Source of the DNA: Camelus ferus
Taxonomy: Eukaryota
Assembly: GCF_009834535.1 (NCBI RefSeq)
Contig: NC_045696.1
Location: forward strand, 65,536,001-65,600,000
Length of the DNA: 64,000 nucleotides
Reading direction: 5' to 3'
Every line of letters begins with the position of its first letter. The first letter of the stretch is position 1. The notes under the pieces are model-generated. The model made no database searches. It was given only the letters and a program-made list of their open reading frames with translations, and was not told the origin of the DNA. Below, one piece after another: positions 1 to 13,270 of the stretch. A program made the translations under genes and the position numbers.

Positions 1-865
1 ACTAATATGGTCATCATCACCTGACAATTCCATTTGATCTAAAATGCAGAATGCTTATAATACTTATAATACTAAGGCAAATAGACTGGGGGATCTATTT
101 TAATCTCAGAGATTCAACTGACTCTTGATGACTCTCTAGCCCCCTCATGAATGTAATATTCTTAAAATAATAACTCCAAATGAAATTATATCCCTTTAAT
201 ATAAAAATTACATTGCTTTTTTCCTGTTACTTCAACTCATGTTTTAAAACTTACTAAATAATATATTCAACATGGAAGGACAATAGTAAAAAAATCCTTT
301 GTTATTCTTCAATTCTTTAGATCAAGAATTCTCAAAATTTTTGAAGAAATACATCTATTTCTATAAATTATGGGCATGTCTATGAGGAAAGCAGGGAATA
401 TCCCCTGCTATCAGTTTTGCTCCCCACTCCTCTGGGAATCTTGGAAGACCAGGAAAGAAGAAAGGAGAATCATAGCAGTAATAACATAGGAACTACGTCC
501 CAGGTAAGTCTTATAGATCAAGCAATAGGGAACATTCCAAAAATTGTTTCTTTATTTTTAAAAAATTCTTGTATGGGTTAGAGAAATCAATACTTGACTG
601 TAAGGCAGACACTGGGTCCCTAGTATGGAATTAGAACCCTAGTTAAGTTCCCAACACTTTTTATTTATGGTCACTAACTGCCATATCCAAGACAAAACCT
701 CTCACTTAAATTTCAAGCTTTAGAAATCAACTGAGTAAATGTGTTGATTGTTCTTTCCTTTTCTAAACATTGGCCATCATATTTTTTTTCAGTTGTAGCA
801 TATTTTTTAGCTACGGTTCAGCTCTTTATATTGCATCTTCAATTAACTTCAATTTAACCTACATT

Positions 866-1098
866 AACAATCTTTGAACTAACCAGGCAGAAATACACTG
901 AACTATAGCCCCAGAAATAGGTGAAATGAAATCAATGTTACTAAATTTGCATGTAGTGATTATAGATGGAAAAATTCCTTCGTTGCCATGACAATGCCAC
1001 GTGTGCCTTTGATTTTTTTCCACAGAATAACAAAACGTGCATTTAATAGAGATGTTTAATTGTCTTTTGCTCTGGGTTTTGCAAACCAACATAGCAAC
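866..1098. promoter_or_regulatory. Dense TF-motif cluster, candidate enhancer
   Basis: SOX AACAAT 866-871, TCF/LEF CTTTGAA 872-878 and CCTTTGAT 1006-1013, octamer ATTTGCAT 945-952, RFX X-box GTTGCCATGACAAT 982-995, E-box CACGTG 998-1003, RFX half-site CATAGCAAC 1090-1098, all in non-repeat DNA. Confidence 0.5.
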
Positions 1099-2309
1099 AT
1101 GCTTTTTGCTCAACATCACAGTATTGAAATTGCTCTGCCTCCTGCTGCCATTAACATATTTTGTATTCATGCTTTGTATAAATTCTGGAAAATGTTTTCA
1201 GTTTAGTTTCCCAACTATGCATTTAATTTATGTGTAATGAGACAGGAGGATCTTAAGTAAGTGTGAACTAACTAACTTAAAATAGATGTATTGGTGTTTA
1301 TTAACCTAACAGTGGGTAACTTCAGTGACTGTCTCCTGCAGTTGTTGAAGCCTAATACCTAAAAAAATTCTCCAGTTGAAGTTTAAAGGCAAATTTAAGC
1401 ACAGACAGCTTAAGATGCTACAGGGACTGGCACTTTTCTATTATTAAAGTCTTGTGACAAACCCAGTTTATTCAAGCAATTCATGAAAAGGTCCTTAGAA
1501 GTCTATTAGTCCTTCTTCTACTAAATATAAAACTTCCTTTTACAGCCAAACCAGAAATGGTTATTATGCTTAGCCACTTTGATAAAATGTGAGTCTTCAC
1601 TCAATCAAGCCATAATTTGTTAGATGTAAATCTTACTATTAGTCTTAAATTGTGATACTCATGTGATAAAGCTCTAAGTATTATACAAAGCTCTCAGGTC
1701 TCTCATAAAACTATTTTTTATTAACACATCAGTCCCAGGGACTTGGATAATACTCATATAAAAAAGCATCTATCTAACCCAGTTGTCTCTACACATCAGT
1801 TTCTTCCTTAAGTTATGAACCTGGTGTCCATATATGGCAGGAGCAGACTATAATTCACTGATAACTTTGTACATTCCAGACCTTCCAACCCACATACTCT
1901 CTCCAAACTCTGACAGGGACTATGATGAAGAGTTTTGGCATTTTGGTAAACGTCCTACGAAACCATCAGCCTGAGTTTCATTAACTCTGATTTCTTTCAG
2001 GTTCCTGGATTAGGCATTGCTTTCTAACACGGCTGACTTCTGGTGGAACAATCAGCTCTATGGCTGCTCTAAGGAAGACAGTCTTATGGCAAGATCCCCT
2101 TGGCATTTCAGAACATATCTTCTTGAGATAAAATTCAGGAAAACACAATCCACATGCATACAAACCTGGCTAAAAGAAAGTATTCTACTGAAAGTATATG
2201 GTATTTCAATTGAGGATTGCCAAGTATCTTGAGGAATAAATGGGAAAACACTTCATATTTAGTGAACTCCTCTCAAAAGCCTGAGCTTATACATACATTT
2301 CCTTTCATT

Positions 2310-2396
2310 TTCTCACGGTCACACCATAACTGAGCAGCAGATCCAAGATTCAAACTCAGGTCCGTGACCTTAAAGCCTATGGACTTTTTATCATAC
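2310..2396 (-). mobile_element. MIR SINE fragment
   Basis: gcagatccaagattcaaactcaggtccgtgaccttaaagcc resembles the reverse complement of the MIR 5' region. Confidence 0.6.
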
Positions 2397-2400
2397 CCAG

Positions 2401-2874
2401 TGTCAGCTGAAAAAGCAGCACAACCTAAAAGTTGAGAATTATGTTTTATTCGGCAGATTTGCTGAGGACTTAAGCCTGGGAGGCAGCCTCCTAGAGGTGC
2501 TGCTCCAAAGAGGCAGAGAAGGAGGCAGGCTATGTAGGAATTTTTACCAAAAAAAAAAAAAAAAAAAAAAGAAAGAAAGAAAGAAAAAATAGGTAATTGG
2601 ACCATTGAAAGACAGTGTTACTCTCTTTAACCATAATAAAAGATAAACAGACATCTCAAGTTAATGAATTTAGTGCTTTTCTATGTACAGGAAGAAGCAA
2701 GAGTCTGGGCTCATTGAAAACATTCCTTTGATATTTCCTTAACTATCTAGGGCCAGTAGCCTGTTTTTCTCCATCCTGAATTCCCTCAGGGTGTGCAGTC
2801 AGGGGTGGCCACAACATCCTGAGGGCCACAACATCCTTTGTTACTGATATGGCAGGCAACATTTTTCATCCACA
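2401..2874 (-). mobile_element. ERV1 solo LTR, MER41-like (cetartiodactyl type)
   Basis: TG...CA termini, 4-bp TSD CCAG (2397-2400, 2875-2878), TTTATT (poly-A signal on - strand) near the left end; family from recall. Confidence 0.8.
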
Positions 2875-3374
2875 CCAGCTTTATTAGTACTGAGACGTGC
2901 CTAAAGGGCACAACAGACAGTGATCTCCACCACAAGCCAAGAAATTTTCTCACTATTTTTACCATTTGAGTTACAGTATGAACTAATTCTGCAGCCTGGG
3001 GCATAAGAGCATATCGTAAAAACTAGTCAAGGTCTATTTAAATTACTTACTCAGCAGAGAGGGTCTCAAAACAGGATGGGACACCAGCAAGTAACCAGTG
3101 GTCTTTGTGTTTTGTGGACCTACCTCCTTACCCTTTCTGTGGATGAGATCAATCCTCCCTTCCTAACTACCATAAACTGAGCAGCCTGGGTACGTGGCCT
3201 CCCCGGGACGATGAGTCCACCTGACCCACTCCCGTTCTCGTGCCTACTCCAGCGCTCCAGTACCACGCAAGAAAACACCTCATGTGGTTTCACTGTCTCT
3301 GTTCTGGCTGTCCCGTTTCTAGGGTATGATTTAGTAAATTAATCTATTTAGACTTACCTCCAAACCTGTCAACT

Positions 3375-3895
3375 ACCTACTTGAAAGCTCTTGGATTTCC
3401 GATTAGCCAAAAGATAGTCATTTCCTTGTCATTTAAAGAGTTCCACAATATATCTCATTTCTATCTCTCCAATCTCATTTCCAGTATCCTGAACTGACAC
3501 CATACTTTCCAGCCAAACTGCCCTGTTTCATTTTCTGAACATGCATCATGGTTTCTCACCTTCAGGTCATTACCTTAAAGCTAAAATGACTTCCCTAACC
3601 CAGTGTTATCCTATTTAACTTCAGCTGATCATTCAGGAATCTGCTGCCCTGAGGCTGATTTTTGTTTTGTAACCACTACCATATTGAGATCTTAACCTCC
3701 TTTAAATTCCCTATAGGAGGCTACTTAAAACTCTGTTATTATTTTATGTAATACACACACACATACACATGCACACAAATACACACACACTTGCCCTGCA
3801 TCCTCCTTCTAGATTCAATTACTTACTCATCTCTACATCCCACATAGCATGGGGTCTTGATAATAAGTACCAATAAGTGTTATTTGAAATAAATA
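3375..3895 (+). mobile_element. L2 LINE 3' fragment, degenerate
   Basis: L2-like motifs ending ...catagcatggggtcttgataataagtaccaataagtgttatttg; (CA)n inside at about 3753-3790. Confidence 0.5.
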
Positions 3896-4889
3896 AAAGT
3901 AACATAAAGCACATTCTGTAAAAAAGTTGAAAAGATGCCCTAGTATATTCATATCAAAATGCTTAGGAGTGAACACTACAGTGCTTTTCTACAGTAATAA
4001 AACTGCCTGACTTCATTAATGCTAGGTCACAAATACGGGCTAGCTTGGTGCAATAAGTACTTTCACATCATCCTCACTCCCAACCCACCATACACCTAGG
4101 GACAGTTTTTTTTTTTTAACCAAGGCACAGATGGCATGAGAGAGAAAATGGAGGAACAGCTGGCAGTTCCACAAAGGTACCTTGGGCTTTCTCAGAAGCT
4201 CAGTTCAATCTGTCCCCACAGCCAGAACAAAGCAGTGAAAGAAGCAAAACTGCCTGGCAATAAAGCACTTTATTTCACTTGAATTGCTGGAATAATAGCT
4301 TCTATCCTCTGTTTAGCTTTCACTTAGGTGACCTGGCAGGTACAATTGCAGTATGTGGACTTCTTCAATAACAGCAACAAAGGCATCCTCCCAAACAGCT
4401 GCCAGCAGTGACAGCCTCTAGGTGTCACTGGCCAGCCTGAGCGCAGGTAGGGAGGAAAAAATAGAGAAATGAAAGGCAGAAGGGGAGTCAGGAAGGTGGG
4501 AGAATGGCAATGTCAGTGGCAGAATAAAGCATTGCACTCTCACTCCTCTGCAAAGCAGTCTTATCTGTGGAATCAGCAATAAACTCCTTCAAAGATTTAG
4601 TCGATGTCCTATTTGGATAGACTGCATAGTTTACACCTCAAGCAGAAGAAAGAAAAACAATGAGGAATCTAAATTAAAATGTATTTTATATTTATGAAGC
4701 ATATTTATCAGAAAAAGGAACTTTGTCCCAGATTTGCGGATTTGATGAATATTTCCTGAGTATATGTAATTCTAGATTCAATACACAAACAAGGCTTTTC
4801 TCTTCTTGGAAGCCCCTCTGGCTGGAGCTTCATTCTTCAAAATGTCACCTCCTAATTGAAATTTTCACCCAACCCTCCTAGGAAAATGT

Positions 4890-5670
4890 ATGTATTTATA
4901 AAATAAACATCAAGTGCTTACCATGTGCCAGGCAATACTTTAAACACTGGGGATACCACTGTCAATATGAGATGCGCTGTCCTCAGACCTCATGGCGCTT
5001 ATATTTTAATAGAAGGAGGAGGAACCAGTGGGTATAGTGCAGGGGAGAGACGGATGAATAAACATCAATAAACCAGATAACTTTAGAGAATGTTAAGTGG
5101 TGTCGAGAAGATAAAATAAAGTGGTGTGATTCAGGACTGTCAGTTTTGGAGGGCATTGTAATTAAGGTCACTGGGGAAGAGTTCCCTGAAAAGGGGTATT
5201 TGAGTTGTGACCTGAATGACAAAAATAAACAGATGAGAGAGCGAGTGAGAGAGAGCGAGCACAATTGGGCAAAAATATGAGCCAAGAGCATTCCAAGTAA
5301 ATGGTCCAGAATATTTCTGGCACAGAGGCCCTAAGATGGAAATTAGTTGGAATAAGCTTGTTATATTTGACATGTGCAAAGAAGGGCAATGTGGCTGGAG
5401 CACAGTGAATAGTGTAGAAAATGCTAACACCGAAAGCTTGAATAATAGACAGAGGTCAGATATTATAGGGTACTGTAGGTCTTAGAAAGGGGAGTGAATT
5501 TGATTCTAGGTTCAGTAATGGGAAGGCTTTTGAGGATTTTAAATAGAAGACCATGACCAGACCAACACAATCTAATTTGCATTTTGAAGGATGATTCCAG
5601 CTTCTGTGAGAAGAATGGATAGAAAGACCTAGAGTAAGAGGGGAGAGAAGAATGAGAGGTAGGTTGACAG
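4890..5670 (-). mobile_element. L2 LINE fragment
   Basis: aagtgcttaccatgtgccaggc...ctggggatacc, gagcattccaag, gtggctggagcacagtg, gggaaggcttttgaggattttaa are typical antisense L2 3' motifs. Confidence 0.75.
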
Positions 5671-5769
5671 CTCAGGGGAAAGCTGCGGCTGGCCTCCATT
5701 TTGCTCCTGCAGTACTCTAAATGAACCTCCACCACTGAATCACGACACTGAATACATTTAAACGTCTGT

Positions 5770-5871
5770 TACCTACACTAGACAATAAACCATTTGAAGA
5801 ATGAGACTGCATCTTATTCATCTTCCTAGTATCCACCATACAATGCATGGTTGACTCTCAGTAAATGTTTA
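5770..5871 (+). mobile_element. L2 3' tail, split by the LTR at 5872
   Basis: ctagacaataaaccatttgaagaatgagactgcatcttattcatc...ctcagtaaatgttt, resuming after the LTR as tttatggcatgaat. Confidence 0.6.
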
Positions 5872-6372
5872 TGTTGCCCAAAAACCAGCCTCTGTCTGAA
5901 AATGAATTTAGACCTGGAGGCAGAGTTTTCGGGGTATCAGACAAGGGCAGCTTTATTGCTTTGTCAGGCAAAGGGGATTTCCAGCAGGCTAATGCCTTAG
6001 AGACTGTGAATCCACCTTGGGTTGGTGTCCTGAGGTTTATAGGAAAGCTGGGCAGAACAGAAAGGCAACAATAAACAGGACATTTTTCTGGGGTGCTGTA
6101 ATCTTCTTAGTCTTGATGAATCCACCTGATGTCACAGAGAAACTCTGTAGGGTCTGTTCATTCTTCTAAGGCTATCAGCCCATGACTACCTTCCTGGAGC
6201 ACAGATTCTGGGTTAAAGGATAAGCTATTCTGGATAAAGAAATCATAGGGAGTGGAGAATGTAATGTAATGGTTTGTCAGAGAAAAACAAGTTGCAAGAA
6301 TTTTAAGTCAGAAGGAATCAGCAAATAGCATTAGCATCAGAGAAGCCATTTTGTTAGTGTCCTACTCTTTCA
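5872..6372 (-). mobile_element. ERV1 solo LTR
   Basis: TG...CA termini, TSD TTTA (5868-5871, 6373-6376), TTTATT near the left end; left part similar to the LTR at 14178. Confidence 0.8.
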
Positions 6373-6409
6373 TTTATGGCATGAATTACAGTATCATGGT
6401 CTCCTGTGA

Positions 6410-6620
6410 TGCTGGAGGTAGCAATGATACAAAAGAAGTCAAAAGCCAAAGAGTCCATCCTTGGTCCACCACATAGCTCTTCACCTTGGGTAGATTATTT
6501 GACCACCTAGTCCCCAAGCCTTGGTTTCTTCACCTGTCAAAGTGTATTCTACAGTTTAATTAAGCTCACGGTGTTGTTAACGGTAAAAGAGATAATGCAT
6601 GAGATAGGGCTTCATAAAAT
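6410..6620 (+). mobile_element. MIR SINE
   Basis: accttgggtagattattt...ggtttcttcacctgtcaaag...taaaagagataatgcatg. Confidence 0.6.
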
Positions 6621-7137
6621 TACATTTCAAAGTCCCATTGAAATGTAAGTCATTTTTGACAGTTCCTCTCTTCTTTCTTTAAACATTTGCCATTTTTATG
6701 AGAGGTTTTTTTTTTTTTCCTCCAAATTATAATTCACTAGAATTCTCTTTGGAAATCTTAGAAGATCTACTGATATCTGGGAATTCAGAATAATCATTTG
6801 ATCCTCTCAATCCTCTACTGTGGCAGGTAGTTTTAAAACTATAGATAATTCCTACCCCTTGTAAATTTCCCAGTCATCCTAACATCTAACTCTTATCCCC
6901 CACAGAAGGCTGAGCTCTACTGGTAAGTCAAAAGCAAATACATAAACAAATATGTAGTAGAAGGAAGTGTGGTGTAGAGAAAAGACTAGTGCACTGATAG
7001 TCAGGGGATTAGGAGGCCTGAAGTCTCCTGCTGGCTTTGCTACCTTCCAGTGTAAATTGCAGCATGATTTTAGATATATTATTTACCATGCCTTCGTTTT
7101 AAACTTTCCATCATTTTTGAGGAGACTAGAAAAAGGG

Positions 7138-7969
7138 TGTTTGGTTTTCCAACAGTAAACAATTCTCTAATACCAACTGGATGGCCTACAATTCAATTCA
7201 ATTCAATTCAATTCAATGTTGATGATAACTACCTGGAGTTAGTGTTGACCCCACAGGTTAAGGGTTGACCCCACAGGTTAAGGCAGTCCCACAAGAGTGC
7301 CTCTACTTCGATACCCATCAAAAAAGGGGTCTCCTGGCTACCTTAACTTCAGCTTGGCCAACTATAAGTTCAAAGGGGTTCCCATAATGCACCCATCAGT
7401 TTCAAAAATTTGCTATACTGACTCACCAAACTTAGGAAAGTACTGTACTTACACTTAGAGTTTTATTATAAAGGCCACATTTCATGAATAGCCAATGGAA
7501 GAGATACATAAGGCAAGGCATTGGGGGAGTGGGAGTGTGCAGAGCTCCCAAGCCCTCTCTGGGCACACCACCCTCCCCAGTACATCTGTGTGCCTACCTA
7601 GAAGTTCCCTTAACCTTGTTTCAGAGTTTCTACCAAAGTTTCATTACACAGACATGACTGATTAAACCATCAGCCGCTGGTGATTAAACTAGATCAGCCC
7701 CTCTCTCCCTGGAGAGGTTGGAGGGTGGGGCTAAAAGTTTTTATCCTCTAATCAGGTGGCTCATTTTCCTTCTGGCAATTAGTCCCATTCTGAAGCTACC
7801 TGGGTGCCCCCTAAGAGTCACCTCATTAGCAAAACCTCAGGTATGATCAAAGGGGCTCCTTATGAAAAACAAAACACTCCTACCACTCAGGAAATTCCTG
7901 GGGTCTTAGGAGCTGTGTGCCAGAATCAGGGACAAAGTCCAAATACGTATTGTTTTTTATTATATCACA
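7138..7969 (-). mobile_element. MER21-family solo LTR inserted in a MIR3-like element
   Basis: Ends ...caggaaattcctggggtcttaggagctgtgtgccagaatcagggacaaag...ttattatatcaca, the reverse complement of the MER21C start; near-TSD AAAGG; internal (AATTC)n and a 20-bp tandem duplication. Confidence 0.8.
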
Positions 7970-9628
7970 AAAGGCAATCAACTAGATTATTTCTAAGTCT
8001 TCTTTCAGTTTTAAACATTCAATTTTTATTGTTTTACTTATATTCCAGTTTCTGAAGTCAAGTTCTATACGAAGAAGGGCAAGACCACATGGGGATAGAT
8101 GTGTGAGGACTATATGGATCTTCGCACAAGTGGAATGAAAATGGTTAGCTCTGCAGTCCTCATACCATCACAAAAAGAAAAGATTCTCAGTGCTAATGAA
8201 TTTCCCCAAGATTAGGCAGAAAGAAAGAGAAATAGAAACAAAAATAACAATTTAGGGAGTGGGGACAAATACATGTAATATAATAAACCCCATGAACTCT
8301 GACTTCTGTGTAGATTTTATTTTATTTTAAACTGCAAATAATGGCAAATGTCTTCCCCATGGACAATTCAAATAAATAGAATAAACATATTTTCCGCAAG
8401 GGCTACTTGAAATGTATTTGAGATAATTAAATTAAGCAATCAAATACATACACATATTCATGAACAAAAAATAATAACGATATACTATTCACCGTAATTT
8501 AACTAGTCACCAAAAGACAAATTCCCAAAGCACCACATTAATCTAGATTTTTACAAATCTAACACAATATTAGCCTAATTCTTAATTATAAAAAGAAAAA
8601 AAAAAAGGAGAAATAAACTGGCCTTAGTCTTGGTGAATTAAACCCAGTGAGAATTTTCTGTCCTCATGATTTTGCCATACGATTGTGTCTGTGGAAATTC
8701 TAACTAGAGATTTGTCACTTTGGGAAACACAGGATAACTATAGTTAGGATCTCACTCCCTGCCTTGAGAGCAAAGCAGATGTCAGTATTTGTCTTCAGCT
8801 CATTTCCTGTACATTCTTTCATGGCCAATAACAAGTGATCATAAAGTCACTGACAAACATGTCGCTGTTAACTGGCAAGTAATCATAAAACAGAGGGTTT
8901 GATGGCTAAACATACAATTATTCCAAACTGTACTAAACGTGTCTTATATTTCAATCAGTAAAGTCACATTTATAGCACCACCTTGTGAAAGAATAAGGAA
9001 CTGACTTGCCAAAGTAGCAAGCAAAAAGCAAGCCTTTCCAAGCTCCTAAAAGGAATTTGTTAAAAAAATATATATACTTTTAGTTGTCTATTTGTTATTT
9101 CACAATATATATATGCGTATTTATAGACAACTCAATTTGAACAATTTTTCTGCTCATTTTTAGTATTTTTCTCTAAGCACAATTAAATCATTTTGATATT
9201 AATCATTAGGACCACATGCAATAAAATTCTATGTGTTGTGCTTAAGCAAATATGAGTTTATATTTAGGCAAAATATTTGTCATCTTCCTTTTCTGTCTCA
9301 GTATTCTTTTAACCTCATCTCTTGCCCCTCCATAGGTACAAGGACACCTAATTTTAAAGTGAACGGAAAAAAATAGAGGTCAGGGAATTCATTTCTAATA
9401 GATTCTCACAGCAGGGCATGAATCAGAGAAGCATAAATTGTGTTTACATTATCTAGCATTTCAATCAATACTTGTTTTACAAATTAAAAGTAGAAAATCT
9501 ATGGGTGTTAGTTGCTTATTACGAAGTTGGTTTTGCAAATATTAGGAATAAGACTCATCAATGCTTTACTCATTAAATTTTGTAAAATGTCATTTCTTTT
9601 TCTAACTATTTGTGTACAATTACCTAGT

Positions 9629-9805
9629 CCAGTGGTTTTCAGACATTAGTGTGCATAAGAAACATCTAGAGTATTTGTCATTTTTTACCAACCAGATATT
9701 TATCCCTATTCCCAGGCACTGATTCCAGAGAACTGACCTGCATTTCAACCAGCCCACAGTACTCCTAAGGTGATGGATCTATGGGCCACTCTCTGAGAAA
9801 CACTT
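9629..9805. mobile_element. MER5A-type hAT DNA transposon
   Basis: cagtggttttcag...ctgcatttcaacc...ctctctgagaaacact with terminal inverted repeats. Confidence 0.65.
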
Positions 9806-12099
9806 GCCTGACTCTATGCTACCTCATTTTACCACCTGCATCTGCTGACTCTCCTCACCCACATTTAATCGGTTTATTTTCCTCTTCTATCATGCAATAT
9901 CTTGGCCCTGGATTTACTGGCCTTCTATTCTTATATTGCTCAATCTTCTGAATTCCTCAGTATAATATAGATTTATTATCCAGTGTCTGACTTTGGATGA
10001 GAGGACATTCTGTTAACGTCCAGAACAAAGGGAACATTTTTAAAGGCTCAACAATTAAGAATATCCAGACAAGATCTTGAGCTCCTGAGGAATTTTATGT
10101 CCTATTCACCACCAGGTGTTCCCCTGACCTAGCGTAATATCTACCACATAATTGACAATCAATAAATAGTTACTAAATAATGCCTGAATGAATAAACACA
10201 CACTGAGAACATTTTAGCTTGAAATAACTACTACAGAAGTAGTCAATTACTGACATTGGCCCTTAAACTTACCTATACCAACTTCCTTATTTTACAGATA
10301 GGTACACAGAGGCCCTCCTGATGCGTGTGCCTTGAGCAAGCCAGTTCCAAGAACACAAGTCTTCCGACTCCCCGTGACATGTCCCCTCCCCGTGACATGC
10401 CCCCTCCCCCACTGGGCCCCATTACTGTAGCAGATTACCCATTGTTTTCTCACTAAATAACCTATGGCAATTTACCTATTGTTTTCAAGTAATGTTCAAT
10501 TCTAACCAAACTGCTTTTCCTAAAACACTTAGAATTTCTGAGCACTCATCTCTCTCCAATCCTGTTCTCTGATCTTCAACCTCCAAAATCTAATTACATC
10601 CAACTTCAAAATCTGAGTAAAATCCTTAACCAGAAGGAACAGTCAAGCTGTACTCTGAGCACAGCTCTACTCTGAGCACAGCTCTGTTTACTACAGTCAT
10701 TTTAACTATTCTAATTAAAGTTCCTATAGTCGGGTATTTACAGAGTATGTGCAGTAATTCTAGTTTTATCACATTCAAGGTAGGTCATTAGCCCCCATAG
10801 TTTGGGGAACAATTGGGGGGGTGGGGAGTAAATGTGTGGACACACATACATATATGTGTGATGTATGTATACACTGTTTACACATTATAAATGTATGTGA
10901 ACACATATAAATAACGAAAAGGAAGCCATTTAAGGTGGTAGAGAGAACTCTACAGTGGTCATTGGGTAGCAGGAATCTGAACGTGGGTTCTGTCACTAGC
11001 TTTTACATTTCTTTCCTTCTCTGGGCTATGTGCCCATCTTCCAAATCAGGGATTTGAATTTGGTGGTCTAGAAAGTTCTAAGATTCCTTCCAGATGCAGT
11101 TTTTTTAAGGAATCTTAAGAATGGGCAAATTGTTCATATTCTAAACTATCTCTTTGGCACAGTCTTTAAGTTAGAACTTCATTTGTACATAAAGAAAGAT
11201 TAGAGCATAACTCTACTGTCAGCCCACTTCTAGTCTGCATTGATAGTTTCATTCCTGGTAAAGGAAAGCTGGAACTAAGGCAGTTGCTTCTGTCATTGCC
11301 CCTGTTAGCTAAGTCTCTCTCTCACTCCCCACACTCCTCATTCTCAGCCTGAGCTGGACATCACTGAGGGTTGTTCATGTGTTTTCAAAGCTGATCTAGT
11401 TCACAGACATCAGGGTCCTCTTTTGGCTTCATCGTAGTCACCCCACTCTATTCCTAACAGAAAGATCCATTCTTCCACCTCAATAACTCAGCTAGGAACC
11501 TTTTACAAAAGCTTATTCTTTAATCCTGGAACTGAACTTTCAAAGGTTCATGAGATGGTTAAAAAAAAAAAAGAAAAAAAATGGAGCTGGATGAAGAATC
11601 CTATCTCTCCTATTTACAATCCCTAAGACCTTGAGCAAGCTCTGTAACTCTGCTGAGCCTCTATAAATGAGGATTCTAACACCCACCTCACAAACTAATG
11701 TTGGCTTCAAAGATGATGATGTGCAAAGAATCCATCCCAGAGCCTAGCCCACTACAAGTGGCTAAAAAACTGATAAAATGCCCAAAAGGCCCTTTCCATT
11801 CCTCACATTTCAAAGAGATGTGAGAGGGATAAATTCCATTTTACATGATTTGAAGTCTGTACAAATATAATGTTACTGTCATTCTTTGAGAAGTTCAGTG
11901 CTGTGCAAAGAACACACAGAGAGCTGCCCACGCACATCCTGCCACTGTCATTTAGGAAGCAGTTTTAATTCTACAAAACGAAGCAAAGAGATGAAGCTAT
12001 GCAGCTGTACCTGATTTCCACCTGATTCCTGACTTGATAATGTGGCTAAAATCGCTTGACCTCTCTGGATGTCGGAAACCCTATCCGTGCAGGGTGGGG

Positions 12100-12620
12100 A
12101 TGGAGCTGAGCGACCTCTAATTGTCCTTCCTGTGCAGAGACTGCAGCGGTGCAGCCGGCGGGAGGCCCTGCGCGCTGGCCCGGGGCCAGAACGACTCCCT
12201 CCTCCAGCGGGAAGGGCTTCCCTCAGCAACCCAGGAAGCCGCAGGCAGGAGCGGGGGCGGCTCTCCCGCGCAGCTCCGGAGAGACTAGGCGAGCGCTGTC
12301 TTCCCACCATCAATAACGCAGTCTTTTGTCAGCAATAAATTCCCTCCAAAATTAATGAAAACAGCCCTTTTAAATTCTCATGTCACTGCCTCATACAGCA
12401 GGAGCTGGGCTAGGCTGCCTGCTCTCTAAATAAATATAAAAGCCATATAAATTGTCTGGAGGCGATATCTAGCTTGCTGGGCACAAGCTAATCTCCTCGA
12501 CCGTCTACAGAAACAAGGAGAAAGATGGAAACCCAGGATCAGGATCTATGTTTGCTCTCCAGTGCAGGAGGCACCCACCTTCCGCCCACACTGGTGCTCT
12601 GCTGGCATCCATTGCCCAGG
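12100..12620 (+). promoter_or_regulatory. CpG-rich promoter candidate with GC box, TATA box and Kozak ATG
   Basis: Local CpG enrichment 12100-12320, GGGGGCGG about 12253-12260, TATAAAAG 12435-12442, aagATGG with ATG at 12525, weak donor CAG|gtcact near 12619. Confidence 0.45.
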
Positions 12621-13059
12621 TCACTGCCACTCTGCAGTCATCCACAGTGTGACCTAGAGGATACTGTTAAGAAATATTAAGGAGGAGAGATCACCTCTTC
12701 CTTTTACAAGTGAAGAAACCAAAGGCCAGAGGAAGAAACAAAGGACCACAATCTACCCTCAAGTGCCTCGGTGGTCTAAATCCCAGCTTCTCAAATTTAA
12801 ATATGCAGAAGATGCAGTAGGTCCGGATAGGTGGGGTGGGGCTGAGAGTGTGCATGTCTGTAAAACAACCTAGTGCTGTTGCTGTTGCTACGGTGGTAGT
12901 ACACACATTTCTAGCAGCTCAGGTGGAGAAGACCTTGAGCTCCTTTGGGGAAGAGCCAGACATTATTTTTTTTTACTGTGTTCCCAGTATCTGACACATC
13001 AACACAGTAGATAGGCTTTTAATAGAGGTTTGTCAAGTAATTAATTGGTACATGAAAGA

Positions 13060-13270
13060 GGCAGCATTGTATAAGGATTAGAAATCTGGACTCTGGAGCC
13101 ATCCTACCAAGGTTCACATTCCAGGAATGCCACTAACAAGTTGTGTGCCTTGGGCAAGTTATTTAACCTCTCAGTACCTCAGATTTCAAACTGTAAAATC
13201 GTATTACTAACAATATATGTCTTATAGAGTTGTCGAAATGAGCTAATATATATAAAGTGCTTAGAACAGT
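13060..13270 (+). mobile_element. MIR SINE
   Basis: ggactctggagcc...gccactaacaagttgtgtgccttgggcaagttatttaacctctcagtacctcag...aaagtgcttagaacagtg is a clear MIR match. Confidence 0.85.

Noticed and set aside
859..1170. 103-aa minus-strand ORF
   Set aside because: No recognisable protein; overlaps a TF-motif cluster and is more likely regulatory
2401..2874. Interferon-inducible enhancer as described for some MER41 LTRs
   Set aside because: I found no intact TTCNNNGAA GAS site in this copy
11948..12338. Overlapping 121-aa and 89-aa ORFs
   Set aside because: R/P/G/A-rich products of GC-rich DNA with no splice or homology support
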